A DNA stretch of 64,000 nucleotides from contig CAVZLN010000008.1 in the NCBI GenBank assembly GCA_963776245.1, positions 256,001-320,000 of the forward strand. The letters run 5' to 3'. Below are positions 29,754 through 42,058 of the stretch, in pieces. Position numbers and translations under genes: made by a program. Numbering within the stretch: the stretch's first letter is position 1; the number at the start of each line of letters is the position of its first letter. The notes beneath the pieces were generated by a model that saw only the letters and a program-made list of their open reading frames with translations, did not search any database and had not been told where the DNA came from. The stretch is from Candidatus Eiseniibacteriota bacterium (GTDB lineage Bacteria > Eisenbacteria > RBG-16-71-46).

Positions 29754-31039
29754 TCAGGCCGTGTCGATCGGCCAGTCGGCGGTGCCGAGCGGGCCCCCGC
29801 TGGCGGGACCGACCACCGCCAGCGCGAAGCCGCCCCGGCGCCAGGAAGGCGCGCGCCGCCTCGGTCACCTGCTCGCGCGTCACCGCCATGACCGCGCGCA
29901 CCTGCTCCTCGCCGGTCACGTAGCGGCCCGAGTACAGCTCGTCGTTGGCGACATGGGACATGCGGTTCGAGACGCTCTCCTGGCTCAGCACGATGCTCCC
30001 GCGGATCTGCGCGCGGGCCGAGGCCACCTCGGTCTCGGAGGGACCCTCGTCATGGAGGCGCTGCAATTCGCGGCGCACCAGCGCGACCGCGTCGCGCGCG
30101 CGCTCGGGCGCCACCCCGAGGTGGATCGACACCAGTCCCGCGTCGCGGTGGAAATCACACGACGAGTAGATGGAGTACGCCAGCCCGGCTCCTCCCGCAC
30201 GCTCTGGAACAGGCGGGAGCTCATCCCGCCGCCGAGGAGCGTGTTGAGCACCGCGAGCGGATAGCGCATCGGGTGTTCCATCGCCACGCCGCGGCGTGCC
30301 GAGCGCGAGGTACATCTGCTGCAGGTCGGGCGCGCACCACGTGGTCGACAGCCGGCACGAACGGTGGCGGCGCGCCGTTGCCGTCGAGGTCGCGGCCCTG
30401 GGCGGGGCGAAGTGCCGCTGGCAGAGGTCGACCAGGCGGTCGTGCTCGAGCGCACCGACGGCCGTGACCACCAGGTCGCGTGCGCGGTAGCGACGCGAGT
30501 AGAATTCGCGCAGCGCACGCGGCGTCGAGCGTCGCCCACGGTGTCGAGCGTGCCGAGGATGGGCAGCCCGAGCCCATGACCGCCCCAGACGCGGTTCACC
30601 AGGATCTCGCTGACCTTGTCCTCGGGATCGTCCTCGCACGAGGAGATCTCCTCGCGCACGACGTCCTTCTCCTTCTCGATGTCGTCGGCGGCGAAGCGCG
30701 GGCGCGACACCAGGTCGCCGAGCACGTCGAGCGTCTCGGGCAGGTGCTCGGCGAGGGCGCGCGCGTAGTAGCAGGTCTGCTCGCGCGCCGTGAACGCGTC
30801 GAGGTGGCCGCCCGAGCGACTCGAGGCTCGCCGCCAGCGCGCGCGCGTCACGGCGCTCGGTACCCTTGAACGCCATGTGCTCGATGAAGTGTGAGATGCC
30901 GAGGCGCGCGGACGGGCTCGTCGCGCGCACCGTGGCGCACCCAGACCCCGATCGCGATCGAGCCACGGTCGGGCAGCGCCTCGGACAGCACCGTGAGCCC
31001 CGAGGGCAGTGTCGACCTGCGGAAGGTGACGTCAATCAT
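29754..31039 (-). CDS. M16 (pitrilysin) family zinc peptidase, multiply frameshifted
   Basis: LPSGLTV, GISHFIEHMAFKGT (HxxEH), AFTAREQTCYY and LGGGMSSRLFQSVRE.GLAYSIYS across frames; the usual position downstream of pnp. Confidence 0.8.
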
Positions 31040-31059
31040 CGGGCCCGCTCCGAACGCGA

Positions 31060-31089
31060 CGCCGAGCGGCGGAGTTCCGCCGCTCGGCG
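31060..31089. terminator. 13-bp perfect hairpin downstream of pnp (no U-tract)
   Basis: CGCCGAGCGGCGG-AGTT-CCGCCGCTCGGCG. Confidence 0.45.
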
Positions 31090-31109
31090 CGCGCAGGTGC
31101 CGGATCGTC

Positions 31110-33294
<2,185 letters not shown>

Positions 33295-33413
33295 GTATGC
33301 GTTCCTGTCCTCTCGCCTCGGCTCCGGCCCTCGCCGGAACATTTCATCCGCGTGCCCGGAGGAGCGATGCGCCGGGCGGCGTGTGCGGAAGACCGCGCTT
33401 CCGCGGTGAGAGC

Positions 33414-33438
33414 GCCGGGACGCCCAAGGCGTCCCGGC
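33414..33438 (-). terminator. 11-bp hairpin downstream of rpsO
   Basis: GCCGGGACGCC-3 nt-GGCGTCCCGGC, 21 nt after the rpsO stop; weak tail. Confidence 0.45.
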
Positions 33439-33459
33439 TCCCTCGTGAGTCGGCCTGTG

Positions 33460-33729
33460 CTATCGGCGCAGGCCCAGTTCCTTCACCACCTTGCGGTAGC
33501 GGTCGATCCGGGTCGCCTTGAGGTAATCCAGCAGGCGGCGGCGCTGGCCCACCATGCGCAGCAGGCCGCGGCGCGACGCGTGGTCGCGCTTGTGGATCTT
33601 GAAGTGCTCGGTGAGGTAGTGGATCTTCTCGGTGAGGAGAGCGATCTGCACCTCGGGGGATCCTGAATCACCTTCGTGGGTCTTGAACTTCCCGATGATC
33701 CCCTGCTTCTGCTCCTTGGAGAGCGTCAC
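33460..33729 (-). CDS. rpsO: 30S ribosomal protein S15
   Basis: [28 protein letters not shown] and LGLRR; strong SD AGGAGGTGA before the GTG. Confidence 0.97.
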   Translation of the reverse strand: MTLSKEQKQGIIGKFKTHEGDSGSPEVQIALLTEKIHYLTEHFKIHKRDHASRRGLLRMVGQRRRLLDYLKATRIDRYRKVVKELGLRR

Positions 33730-33951
33730 GGAGGTCACCTCCTGCATGGATGGTCGACTGCGATGGGCCCCGCACGCCGAGTGCAAGCTCTCGAGCGGCT
33801 GGAGCGTGGGAGACATGGTGCACCGATGTTCAACGGACGGAGGACCATACCATCCTTCGGCCAGCCGCGGAAGCGCGATCCGCGGACCGCTCGCCGGCGC
33901 CATCCGGCCCCCGGTTTCGGGCCGGGCCGCCGGGGCCGGGCGTCGTCCCGC

Positions 33952-34863
33952 TCAAGCGCGGGGGCGTGTGCCGGGCGCCAGCCGTTCGCGCGTCTCGGCC
34001 ACGTCCCGGCCCATCGCGACCACCAGCGCGTCCGCGCTCTCGAACCTGAGCTCCGGGCGCAGCCAGTCGACGAACGCGATCTCGAGGTCCCGGCCGACCA
34101 GCTCGCCGCTCCAGTCGAGCAGGAAGACCTCGAGCGTGTGCAGCTGGCCGCCGAAGGTCGGGCGGACCCCGATGCTCATCGCGCCCTGGCGCCACTCGCT
34201 CTCGCCCTCGATGCGCACCCACACTGCGTAGATGCCATCGCGCGGGACGAGCTTCTCCTCGTGCAGCCGCAGGTTGGCGGTGGGATAGCCGAGCGTGCGC
34301 CCGACCGCCTCGCCCCGGACCACGCGACCCACCAGTCCATAGAGACGTCCGAGCCAGCGCGCGGCGTCCGCCACGCGGCCTTCGGCGAGCGCGGCGCGGA
34401 TGCGGGTGCTGCTCACCACCTCGCCCTCGAGGGCGAGCAACGGCACCGCCTCGACCTCGAAGCCGTGCCCACGGCCGATGGCGCGCAGCCGGTCCACGTT
34501 GCCGGCGCGGCCGCGACCGAGCGCGAAGTTCTCCCCCACCACCAGCACCCGGGGCGCGAGCGGGGCGACCAGGTGGCGGGCGACGAAGATCTCGGGCTCG
34601 AGCGCGGCCATCTCGCGGGTGAACGGCAGCACCTCGAGCGCGGCGAAGCCCATCGCCCGCAGTCGCTCGCGCTTCTCGGGCAGGGGCGTGAGGGGCGGCA
34701 CGGGCTGGAAGGTCTTGGCCAGCACGACGTCGGGGTGCGGCTCGAACGTCACCACGACCGCCGGTGAGGCCGCGGCGCTCGCATGCTCGAGCGCCCGGCC
34801 CAGGATGCTCCGATGCCCCAGGTGGAGCCCGTCGAACACGCCGATGGCGACCACCGCGCTCAC
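33952..34863 (-). CDS. ribF: bifunctional riboflavin kinase/FAD synthetase
   Basis: IGVFDGLHLGH, TFEPHP, SSTRIR, GRTLGYPTANL and GVRPTF. Confidence 0.95.
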   Translation of the reverse strand: MSAVVAIGVFDGLHLGHRSILGRALEHASAAASPAVVVTFEPHPDVVLAKTFQPVPPLTPLPEKRERLRAMGFAALEVLPFTREMAALEPEIFVARHLVAPLAPRVLVVGENFALGRGRAGNVDRLRAIGRGHGFEVEAVPLLALEGEVVSSTRIRAALAEGRVADAARWLGRLYGLVGRVVRGEAVGRTLGYPTANLRLHEEKLVPRDGIYAVWVRIEGESEWRQGAMSIGVRPTFGGQLHTLEVFLLDWSGELVGRDLEIAFVDWLRPELRFESADALVVAMGRDVAETRERLAPGTRPRA

Positions 34864-35849
34864 GCGCCGACCGCTCCCGGCATCAGCGGCGGACCCTGAC
34901 GGTGGGCCCACGGGAAGACGGCGTGCGCGCAGACGAGCGCCTGCCCGGGCGCGTGCGGCGCCGGCTCCAGGCCACCCAGCCCGAGGGCCCGCCCATGCCC
35001 GTCGCGGAACACCACCGAGCGCGGGCCCGCGCCCACCGGGGCCCCGGCGGGGTCGACCGCGGGCCGGCGCCCATGGCCGATCTCGGCCGCCGCGACCGGA
35101 TCGAGCGTCAGCCCGGGCAGCACCGCGGCCAGCGCGTCGTCGAGGGCGATGCCTCCCCGCGCCCACAGCGCCCCGGGCTCGAGCGCCGAGAGATCCTGCA
35201 GGGTGACCGCGCGTTCGAGCCCGAACGGCTCGCTGCGCAGGCGGCGCAGGCTCTTGAGCGCCGCTCCGGGACCGAGCCGCGCGCCCAGGTCGTGCGCCAG
35301 CGTGCGCACGTACGTGCCGCCGGAGCAGCGCACGCGGAACGTGGCCTCGGGCAGCTCCACTCCGAGCCACTCCCACGACCACACGCGCACCGGCCGGGCC
35401 GCCCGCTCCACCGTGATGCCCTGGCGCGCGAGACGGTGGAGCCGCTGCCCGCCCACCCGGAGCGCGGAGACCATCGGGGGCACCTGCTCGATATCGCCCA
35501 CGAAGGCGGCCGACGCCGCCCGCACCGCCGCCTCGTCCACCTCGACGGCGCGCTCCACGAGCACCTCGCCCGACAGGTCCTGCGTCGAGGTCACCACGCC
35601 CAGCCGCAGCGTGCCCTCGTACGTCTTCGCGCCGCCCTGCCAGACCGGGATGCAGCGCGTCGCCGCGCCGACCGCGACCAGCAGCAGCCCGCTGGCGCCC
35701 GGATCGAGGGTCCCGAGATGGCCGGCCCCCGGCGCGCCGAGCCGGCGCCGCACCAGCGCGACCATGTCGTGCGAGGTGACGCCGGTGGCCTTGTCGACCA
35801 CCAGCAGCCCGTGGTGCTCCGCGGCCACCGCGCCGCGACCGACACCCAT
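34860..35849 (-). CDS. truB: tRNA pseudouridine(55) synthase
   Basis: DKATGVTSHD, GHLGTLDPGASG, QVPPMVSA and CSGGTYVRTL. Confidence 0.95.
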   Translation of the reverse strand: MGVGRGAVAAEHHGLLVVDKATGVTSHDMVALVRRRLGAPGAGHLGTLDPGASGLLLVAVGAATRCIPVWQGGAKTYEGTLRLGVVTSTQDLSGEVLVERAVEVDEAAVRAASAAFVGDIEQVPPMVSALRVGGQRLHRLARQGITVERAARPVRVWSWEWLGVELPEATFRVRCSGGTYVRTLAHDLGARLGPGAALKSLRRLRSEPFGLERAVTLQDLSALEPGALWARGGIALDDALAAVLPGLTLDPVAAAEIGHGRRPAVDPAGAPVGAGPRSVVFRDGHGRALGLGGLEPAPHAPGQALVCAHAVFPWAHRQGPPLMPGAVGA

Positions 35850-36226
35850 CAGGCCTTCGCTTCCCCGTCGTCGAGGGGCTCGCCGTCGTGCAGCTTGCGC
35901 AGCAGCTCATCCACGCGCGCGCCGCGCTGGATCGAATCGTCGAGCAGGAACCGGATCTCCGGCATCTCGCGCAGCCCCATCCGCGGCGCCAGTTCGTGCC
36001 GCACGAAGCCCGCCGCGCGGGCGAGCGCGCGCAGCGCGCGGTCCCGCTCCTCGCCCTCGGCGAGGATGCTCACGAACACCTTCGCGAACGACAGGTCGTG
36101 CGCGATCTCGACGTCGGTCACGCTCACCATCGCCGCGACCCGCGGGTCGCGCATCTTGTTCTGCAGGATGTCGGCGACCTCGCGCTGCATGAGGTGCGCG
36201 ACGCGTTCGGGACGGATCCTCGTCAT
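35849..36226 (-). CDS. rbfA: ribosome-binding factor A
   Basis: RPERVA, MRDPRV, DLSFAKVFVS and PEIRFLLDDS; position after infB. Confidence 0.95.
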   Translation of the reverse strand: MTRIRPERVAHLMQREVADILQNKMRDPRVAAMVSVTDVEIAHDLSFAKVFVSILAEGEERDRALRALARAAGFVRHELAPRMGLREMPEIRFLLDDSIQRGARVDELLRKLHDGEPLDDGEAKA

Positions 36227-36504
36227 TCGATCTGCTCCTGCCAGTCGAGCAGTTCCGCGCCCGGCGCGGATTCGACCAGCGAACGGATGGTCTGCAGCAA
36301 TTGCGCCGCCTGTCCGTGGTCCGCGGCGACCACCGCGACGCCGAGCGCGGCGCGCTGCCACAGGTCCTGGTGGTCCACCTCCGCCACCGCGGCGAGCGCG
36401 CGCTGCCGGATGCGATCCTTGAGACTGCGGATGACCGAGCGCTTCTCCTTGAGCGAGGAAGCGCCCCGCACCCTCAACTCGATGCGAGCCGAGCCGACGA
36501 ACAT
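36223..36504 (-). CDS. DUF503 (YlxP-like) protein
   Basis: SLKEKRSVI and [14 protein letters not shown]; lies between infB and rbfA. Confidence 0.9.
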   Translation of the reverse strand: MFVGSARIELRVRGASSLKEKRSVIRSLKDRIRQRALAAVAEVDHQDLWQRAALGVAVVAADHGQAAQLLQTIRSLVESAPGAELLDWQEQIE

Positions 36505-36556
36505 GCCGGGGAGGATACGTGTCCCGGCCCTCGGTTGCGAGCCGGGACCCTGCGGG

Positions 36557-39106
36557 CTACAGCGTCCGCGCGAGCTCCTCGATCAGGAACGTCTCGATGA
36601 GATCGCCCGGCTTGAGGTCGTCGTGCCCCTCGAGCCCGATGCCGCACTCGAAGCCGGTCTGCACCTCGCGGACGTCGTCCTTGAAGCGCTTGAGCGACGC
36701 GATCCGGCCGGTCCACACCACGTCGCCGTCCCGCCGCAGGCGCACCCGCGAGGAGCGGGTGATGGAGCCGGATTGCACCAGGCAGCCGGCGATGGCGCCG
36801 GACTTCGACAGGCGGAACACCTGGCGCACCTCGGCGCTGCCCAGCACCACGTCCTTCAGCTCGGGCTTGAGCAGGCCCTCGAGCGCCTGCTTCACCTCTT
36901 CGACCGCCTTGTAGATCACGTCGTAGAGGCGGATCTCGACCCGCTCGCGGTCGGCGAGCTCGCGCGCCCGGGGATCCGGCCGGTTGTGGAAGCCGACGAT
37001 GATGGCGCCGGAGGCCGAAGCGAGCAGCACGTCCGACTCGGAGATCTGGCCGACGGCCTGGCGGATGATGCGGATCTGGACTTCCTTGTTGCCCAGCTTG
37101 ACCAGCGACTCGGAGAGCGCCTCGACCGAGCCGTCGACGTCGCCCTTGATGATCAGCTTGAGCTCGTTGGTCTCGCCCTGGGTCATGCGCGAGTGGAACT
37201 CGGACAGCGCGAACTTCTTGGTGGCGGCGAACTCGTGCTCGCGATGGAGCGCCGCGCGCTTCTGAGCCAGCTCGCGCGCCTCGCGCTCGTCCGCGAAACA
37301 CACGAACGGGTCGCCCGCGGCGGGGGCGCCGTCCCAGCCGAGCACCTCGACCGGGGTCGAGGGCCCGGTCTCCCGGATGGAGCGCTGGCGTTCGTCGAAC
37401 ATGGCCCGCACCTTGCCCCAGTGCTGGCCGGCCACGTACGTATCGCCGACGCGCAGGGTGCCGGTCTGCACCAGCACGCTCGCCACGATACCGCGGCCCT
37501 GCTCGATGCGGGCCTCGAGCACCACGCCCTTCGCGCGCCGCGTCGGGTCCGCCTTGACGTCGAGCAGCTCGGCCTGCAGCAGGATCATCTCGAGCAGCTT
37601 GTCGACGTTGATGCCCTTCTTGGCCGAGATCTCGACGCACACGACCTTGCCGCCGAAGGCCTCGACCATGACACCGTGGCCCGCGAGCTCCTGCTTGACC
37701 AGGTCGGGTCGCGCGGCGGGCAGGTCGATCTTGTTGATCGCGACCACGATCGGGACGTTGGCGGCCTTGGCGTGGTCGATGGCCTCGATGGTCTGCGGCA
37801 TGACCCGGTCGTCGGCCGCCACCACCAGCACCACGATGTCGGTGACCTGGGCGCCGCGCGCGCGCATCGCGGTGAACGCCTCGTGGCCGGGCGTGTCGAG
37901 GAAGCAGATGCTCTTGCCGCCCGGGAGCTCGACGTCGTAGGCGCCGATGTGCTGGGTGATGCCGCCCGACTCACCGGCGATGACATTGGTCTTGCGGATG
38001 TGGTCGAGGAGCGAGGTCTTGCCGTGGTCGACGTGGCCCATCACCGTGACGACCGGGGCGCGCGGCTTGAGGTTCTCGCCGCTCTCGACCTCGGTCTCGG
38101 CCTGTTCCTCGACGTACTCCGACACGAACTCCAGCTCGAAGCCGAACTCGTCGGCCACGGCCATCATCGAGTCCTTGTCGAGGCGCTTGTTGATGGTGGC
38201 CATCAGGCCCAGGCGCATGCACGTCGCGATGACCTCCTGGGGCTTGACCTCCATCAGGTTCGCGAGTTCGGCCAGGGTGATGAACTCGGCGGCGCGGAGG
38301 GTCTTGGTCTCCTCAGTCGTGACTTCGACGCCGTCCTCATCCCGGCGCCGGTGAGCGCGGCGCTTCTGGCCCTGGTCGAGGCTCGCCAGGGTCTTGCGGA
38401 CGCTCTCGAGCACCAGCTTCTCGTCGACGTTCTTCTTCTTCTTGCGATCGCGGCGCCGGTTCTGCGGCCCGCCCGGCCGGCTGCCCGCGGGCGGCGCGTT
38501 GGGACCGAAGCCGGGACGACCGCCCGACGGCGGCCCGCCGCCGAAGGAGGGACGGCCCGACCCGGGCGGTGGCCCGCCGTACGACGGCCGACCGGCACCG
38601 GACGAGGGACCACCGTAGGACGGACGGCCACCGGAAGCGGGCCCGCCGTAGGATGGACGACTGCCCGGCGACGAGCTGGGGCGGTAGGTCGGGCTCCCCG
38701 TGGCCGGGCGACTGGGCGGCGGCGTGGCGGGCCGCGGCGGCGCGGCCGGCTGCGGCGGCGGGCGGTAGATCACCGCGGAGCCCGCGCTGGAGGGCACCGA
38801 GGGATGGCGCTGGAGGTCGGGGCGCGTGCGCGCATGCTCGGCCGCCGCCTGCTGGCGCTCGCGCTCCTCCTTGGCGCGCTTCTCGTCCTGCTCGTGCTTG
38901 CGCGCCATCTCGTCCTTGACCGCCGTCCGGGACTGCGCGAGCTCGGCCCGCACCTTCTCCACCGATTCGGGGAGCAGGGTGCTCATGTGGTTCTTCACCT
39001 CGGTGCCGAGGCGCCTGACGATCTGAAGGACGGCGTCGCTCGACATGCCGAGATCCTTGGCGACCTCGTACACACGCAGCTTCTTCGGTCCGGACGCTTT
39101 GGTCAC
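36557..39106 (-). CDS. infB: translation initiation factor IF-2
   Basis: RVYEVAK N-domain, [31 protein letters not shown] and KGDVDGS. Confidence 0.98.
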   Translation of the reverse strand: MTKASGPKKLRVYEVAKDLGMSSDAVLQIVRRLGTEVKNHMSTLLPESVEKVRAELAQSRTAVKDEMARKHEQDEKRAKEERERQQAAAEHARTRPDLQRHPSVPSSAGSAVIYRPPPQPAAPPRPATPPPSRPATGSPTYRPSSSPGSRPSYGGPASGGRPSYGGPSSGAGRPSYGGPPPGSGRPSFGGGPPSGGRPGFGPNAPPAGSRPGGPQNRRRDRKKKKNVDEKLVLESVRKTLASLDQGQKRRAHRRRDEDGVEVTTEETKTLRAAEFITLAELANLMEVKPQEVIATCMRLGLMATINKRLDKDSMMAVADEFGFELEFVSEYVEEQAETEVESGENLKPRAPVVTVMGHVDHGKTSLLDHIRKTNVIAGESGGITQHIGAYDVELPGGKSICFLDTPGHEAFTAMRARGAQVTDIVVLVVAADDRVMPQTIEAIDHAKAANVPIVVAINKIDLPAARPDLVKQELAGHGVMVEAFGGKVVCVEISAKKGINVDKLLEMILLQAELLDVKADPTRRAKGVVLEARIEQGRGIVASVLVQTGTLRVGDTYVAGQHWGKVRAMFDERQRSIRETGPSTPVEVLGWDGAPAAGDPFVCFADEREARELAQKRAALHREHEFAATKKFALSEFHSRMTQGETNELKLIIKGDVDGSVEALSESLVKLGNKEVQIRIIRQAVGQISESDVLLASASGAIIVGFHNRPDPRARELADRERVEIRLYDVIYKAVEEVKQALEGLLKPELKDVVLGSAEVRQVFRLSKSGAIAGCLVQSGSITRSSRVRLRRDGDVVWTGRIASLKRFKDDVREVQTGFECGIGLEGHDDLKPGDLIETFLIEELARTL
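38500..38690 (-). repeat. coding low-complexity repeat (G-R-P-S-Y/F-G-G-P) in the IF-2 linker
   Basis: RPSYGGP three times, then RPSFGGGP and RPGFGP in the translation; boundaries approximate. Confidence 0.7.
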
Positions 39107-40497
39107 GATTCGCTCCCCCCGCTCGGGGCGCCGCGGTCGGCGGCTTCGGCCGGGACCTCGCCCTCGGGCGCATCGGATGCCGCCGGCTCGGGCGCGGCCT
39201 CCATCTCCGGCGTGAATTCCAGCTCGGCCACCGCGCTCTCGGGCACCACCGGCGGGTGCGCGACGAGGTACTCCTGCGCGGTCGCGAGGACCTTCTCAGC
39301 CGTCTTCTCCCCGATGCCGGGGATCTCGATCAGTTTCTCGAGGGGCGTCGCGATGAGCTCCTGCACGGTCTCGATGCCGGCGCCGATGAGCTTCTCGGTG
39401 GTCGCCTCGCCGAGCTGGAGCTGCTCGACCTCGACGCGACTGGCGCGCTCGGCCTCCTGGCGCTTCTTCTCCTCGGTCTTCGAGATGAGGTCGATCTTCC
39501 ATCCGGTGAGCCGCGCCGCGAGGCGGGCGTTCTGGCCGCCCTTGCCGATCGCGAGCGACAGCTGGTCGTCGGCCACCACGACCAGCATGCGCTTGTCGGG
39601 CTCGTTGACCCGCACATCCTGCACGCGGGCCGGCGAGAGCGCGCGGGACACGAACACGCTCGCGTCCGTCGACCACGGCACGATGTCGATGCGCTCGCCC
39701 CCCAGCTCGCGCACGATGCTCTGCACGCGCGAGCCCTTGAGACCCACGCACGAGCCCACCGCGTCGACGCGCGGGTCGGTCGAGAACACCGAGATCTTCG
39801 AGCGCGCGCCGGCCTCCCGGGCCACCGCCTTGATCTCGACGATGCTCTCGGCGATCTCCGGCACCTCGGCCTCGAACAGACGGCGCAGGAAGTCCGGGTG
39901 GGTGCGCGACAGGATGACCTGCGGCCCCTTGGCGGACTTGTCCACCGTGATCACCACCGCGCGGACGTAGTCCCCCTGGCGGTGATAGGACCGCGGGATC
40001 TGTTCGCGGGCGGGCAGGAAGCCCTCGGAGTGGTCGAGCTTGACGATGACGTTGCCGCGGTCCACCTGCTGCACCACGCCGCGCACCAGGATGCCGATCT
40101 TGTCCGCGTACTCCTTGAACACACGGTCCCGCTCGGCCTCGCGCACCCGCTGGATGAGCACCTGCTTCGCGGTCTGGATGGCGTTGCGCCCGAACTCGGC
40201 GATCGACAGCGACGTCTCGATCACACCGTCCACCTGGGCGCCGGGATCGACGCGGCGCGCGTCGGTGAGCGCGATCTGGAACGCGGGGTCCTCGACGGTC
40301 TCCACCACGTGACGCCGCAGCACGCACGTGATGGCCCCGGTCTCGTTCGAGAACTTGACCTCGACGTCGGCGGTCGCGCCGTACTTCTTGCGCACCGCGC
40401 TCGCCAGTCCGGCCTCGAGCGTCTCGATGAGCAGCGAGCGATCCACGCTCTTCTCGCGTGTGATCTGGCTCAGCGCATCCAGGATTTCATTGTTCAT
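39103..40497 (-). CDS. nusA: transcription termination factor NusA
   Basis: FGRNAIQTAKQV, LSRTHP, AREAGARSK, GSCVGLKGSRV and SLAIGKGGQNARLA. Confidence 0.97.
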   Translation of the reverse strand: MNNEILDALSQITREKSVDRSLLIETLEAGLASAVRKKYGATADVEVKFSNETGAITCVLRRHVVETVEDPAFQIALTDARRVDPGAQVDGVIETSLSIAEFGRNAIQTAKQVLIQRVREAERDRVFKEYADKIGILVRGVVQQVDRGNVIVKLDHSEGFLPAREQIPRSYHRQGDYVRAVVITVDKSAKGPQVILSRTHPDFLRRLFEAEVPEIAESIVEIKAVAREAGARSKISVFSTDPRVDAVGSCVGLKGSRVQSIVRELGGERIDIVPWSTDASVFVSRALSPARVQDVRVNEPDKRMLVVVADDQLSLAIGKGGQNARLAARLTGWKIDLISKTEEKKRQEAERASRVEVEQLQLGEATTEKLIGAGIETVQELIATPLEKLIEIPGIGEKTAEKVLATAQEYLVAHPPVVPESAVAELEFTPEMEAAPEPAASDAPEGEVPAEAADRGAPSGGSES

Positions 40498-40994
40498 CGA
40501 GACCCTCCCCGGGACCGTTTCCCGGCCCACGGATCCACCACCAGCCGGACCGACTTCAGCTCGGCCCAGTCGAACCAGTGCTCGACCCCGCCGCCATCCT
40601 CTTCGTCCAACCGCACGCCCACCCGATCGCCGTCGGGCGCCAGCAGCACGCCGTCGAACTTGCGCCGGCCATCGCGCAGCTCGTGCGCCACCATCGACAC
40701 GCGCCCGCCCGCGAACCGCTCGGCCGCCGCGCGTGTCCGGATCGGGCGCTCCAGCCCGGGTGAACTCACCTCGAGGTTGAAGCTCCCCGCGAGCAGCTGA
40801 TTCATGTCAAGGCAATCGGATAGTCTGCGGCTGAATGACGCACAGTCGCCCACCGTGACCCCGCCGGGCCGGTCGAGGAAGACCCGCAGGATACGGAGAC
40901 GGCCCTGGACCGCAAACTCGACGTCCACCAACTCGAAGCCTGCCTCCTCGGCGAGGGGCTGGGCCAGATGCCGAACCTCTTCTCGGACTTCCAT
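40494..40994 (-). CDS. rimP: ribosome maturation factor RimP
   Basis: ELVDVE, LRVFLDRPGGVTVGDC and LEVSSPGLERP. Confidence 0.95.
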   Translation of the reverse strand: MEVREEVRHLAQPLAEEAGFELVDVEFAVQGRLRILRVFLDRPGGVTVGDCASFSRRLSDCLDMNQLLAGSFNLEVSSPGLERPIRTRAAAERFAGGRVSMVAHELRDGRRKFDGVLLAPDGDRVGVRLDEEDGGGVEHWFDWAELKSVRLVVDPWAGKRSRGGSR

Positions 40995-41011
40995 TTCGCT
41001 CCGGGAGGGAC

Positions 41012-41043
41012 AAGAAAAGGAGTGGTCGCACCTACCCCACTCC
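41012..41043 (-). terminator. rimP-leader attenuator hairpin
   Basis: GGAGUGG-11 nt-CCACUCC followed by UUUUCUU, between the promoter and the rimP start; resembles the GAGUGG/CCACUC rimP-leader terminator. Confidence 0.7.
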
Positions 41044-41051
41044 GAGAGCGC

Positions 41052-41081
41052 AATCTACAGGAAGGGGGACCGGATAGGCAA
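41052..41081 (-). promoter_or_regulatory. sigma70 promoter TTGCCT-N18-TAGATT of the rimP-nusA-infB operon
   Basis: Both hexamers lie just upstream of the leader hairpin. Confidence 0.55.
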
Positions 41082-41128
41082 GTCCCGGTTCGCGCGCGGC
41101 GGCCGGGCCGGTCCGGGCGCGGGAAGGG

Positions 41129-42058
41129 TCAGCGGCCCCGCGCGAGCGGGCTGTCGTACACCAGCCACACGGCGAGCCGCCCCACTTCGGCGAGGCTGGC
41201 GGCGGAGACCCGATCCGGCGCGTCGGCGTGGGTGTGCCAGGCCGGGTAATCGAAGTCGATGATGTCCACGGTGGGTAGCCCGGCTTCGAGCAACGGGATA
41301 TGGTCGTCCGTGAGGGTGTACTTCGGATCGCTTCGGAACCCCTTCGCCCCGGTCGCGCGTGCGCCGGCCAGCACCACGGACACCAGGCTGGCGGCCCGCT
41401 GCGCCGACACCACCTCGGGGTGGATCTGGAGGTCCCGGTCCCCCACCATGTCGAACAGGAATCCGGCCACCGGCCACTCGGGGCGCGGCCGGCCCGCGAG
41501 CGCGGCGGCGTAGTGGGCGGCGCCGAGCGAGAACTCCTCCGGGCGCGTGGCGCGCCCCTGGTCCTCACCATCGAAGAACGCCAGTTCCACCGCCACCGGC
41601 GCCGGCCGCGTGTGGAGCAACTCGGCCACCTCGAGCAGCACCGCCACGCCCGACCCGCCGTCATTGGCGCCGGGGATCGGGGCCTCGCGGCGCGCGGGGT
41701 CGGGGTCCTGGTCGGCGACCGGGCGCGTGTCCCAGTGCGCGCACAGCAGCACCCGCCGGCCGCTCGACGGACCGTAGCGCCCGATCACGTTGGTGAGCGC
41801 CAGCGGGCGGCCGAGCGTGGAGTCCACGAAGGACTGCTGCTCGACCCGCGCCCCGAGGCGCTCCAGTTCGGCCACCAGCCAGGCCCGGGTGGCGTCGTGC
41901 GCCGGGGTGCCGGGAACGCGCGGGCCCTGCGCCACCTGATACGTCACGCGCGCGTGCATGCGGGCGCCATCCACCGCGGGCGGGGTGCGCGAAGCGCAGG
42001 CGGCGGGTGCGATGGCGGCCGCTACGAGGAGGGCGAGGGCTCCGGGCGGGGCACGCAT
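41129..42058 (-). CDS. M28-family lipoprotein, glutaminyl-cyclase-like
   Basis: Lipobox-like APAAC; AHWDTRP, GANDGGSG, FFDGED, DMVG, TDDH and WHT. The start overlaps the sprA stop (TGATG). Confidence 0.75.
   Translation of the reverse strand: MRAPPGALALLVAAAIAPAACASRTPPAVDGARMHARVTYQVAQGPRVPGTPAHDATRAWLVAELERLGARVEQQSFVDSTLGRPLALTNVIGRYGPSSGRRVLLCAHWDTRPVADQDPDPARREAPIPGANDGGSGVAVLLEVAELLHTRPAPVAVELAFFDGEDQGRATRPEEFSLGAAHYAAALAGRPRPEWPVAGFLFDMVGDRDLQIHPEVVSAQRAASLVSVVLAGARATGAKGFRSDPKYTLTDDHIPLLEAGLPTVDIIDFDYPAWHTHADAPDRVSAASLAEVGRLAVWLVYDSPLARGR

Noticed and set aside
38500..38690. GRPSYGGP repeats in IF-2 as a novelty
   Set aside because: Gly/Arg/Pro-rich low-complexity linkers are common in IF-2 N-terminal regions of GC-rich bacteria.
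35888..39970. 1360-aa plus-strand ORF, and similar long ORFs (43336-48426, 12784-15570, 1831-4413)
   Set aside because: These are antisense shadows of infB/nusA, sprA and others. High GC suppresses stop codons, and the translations have no recognisable motifs.
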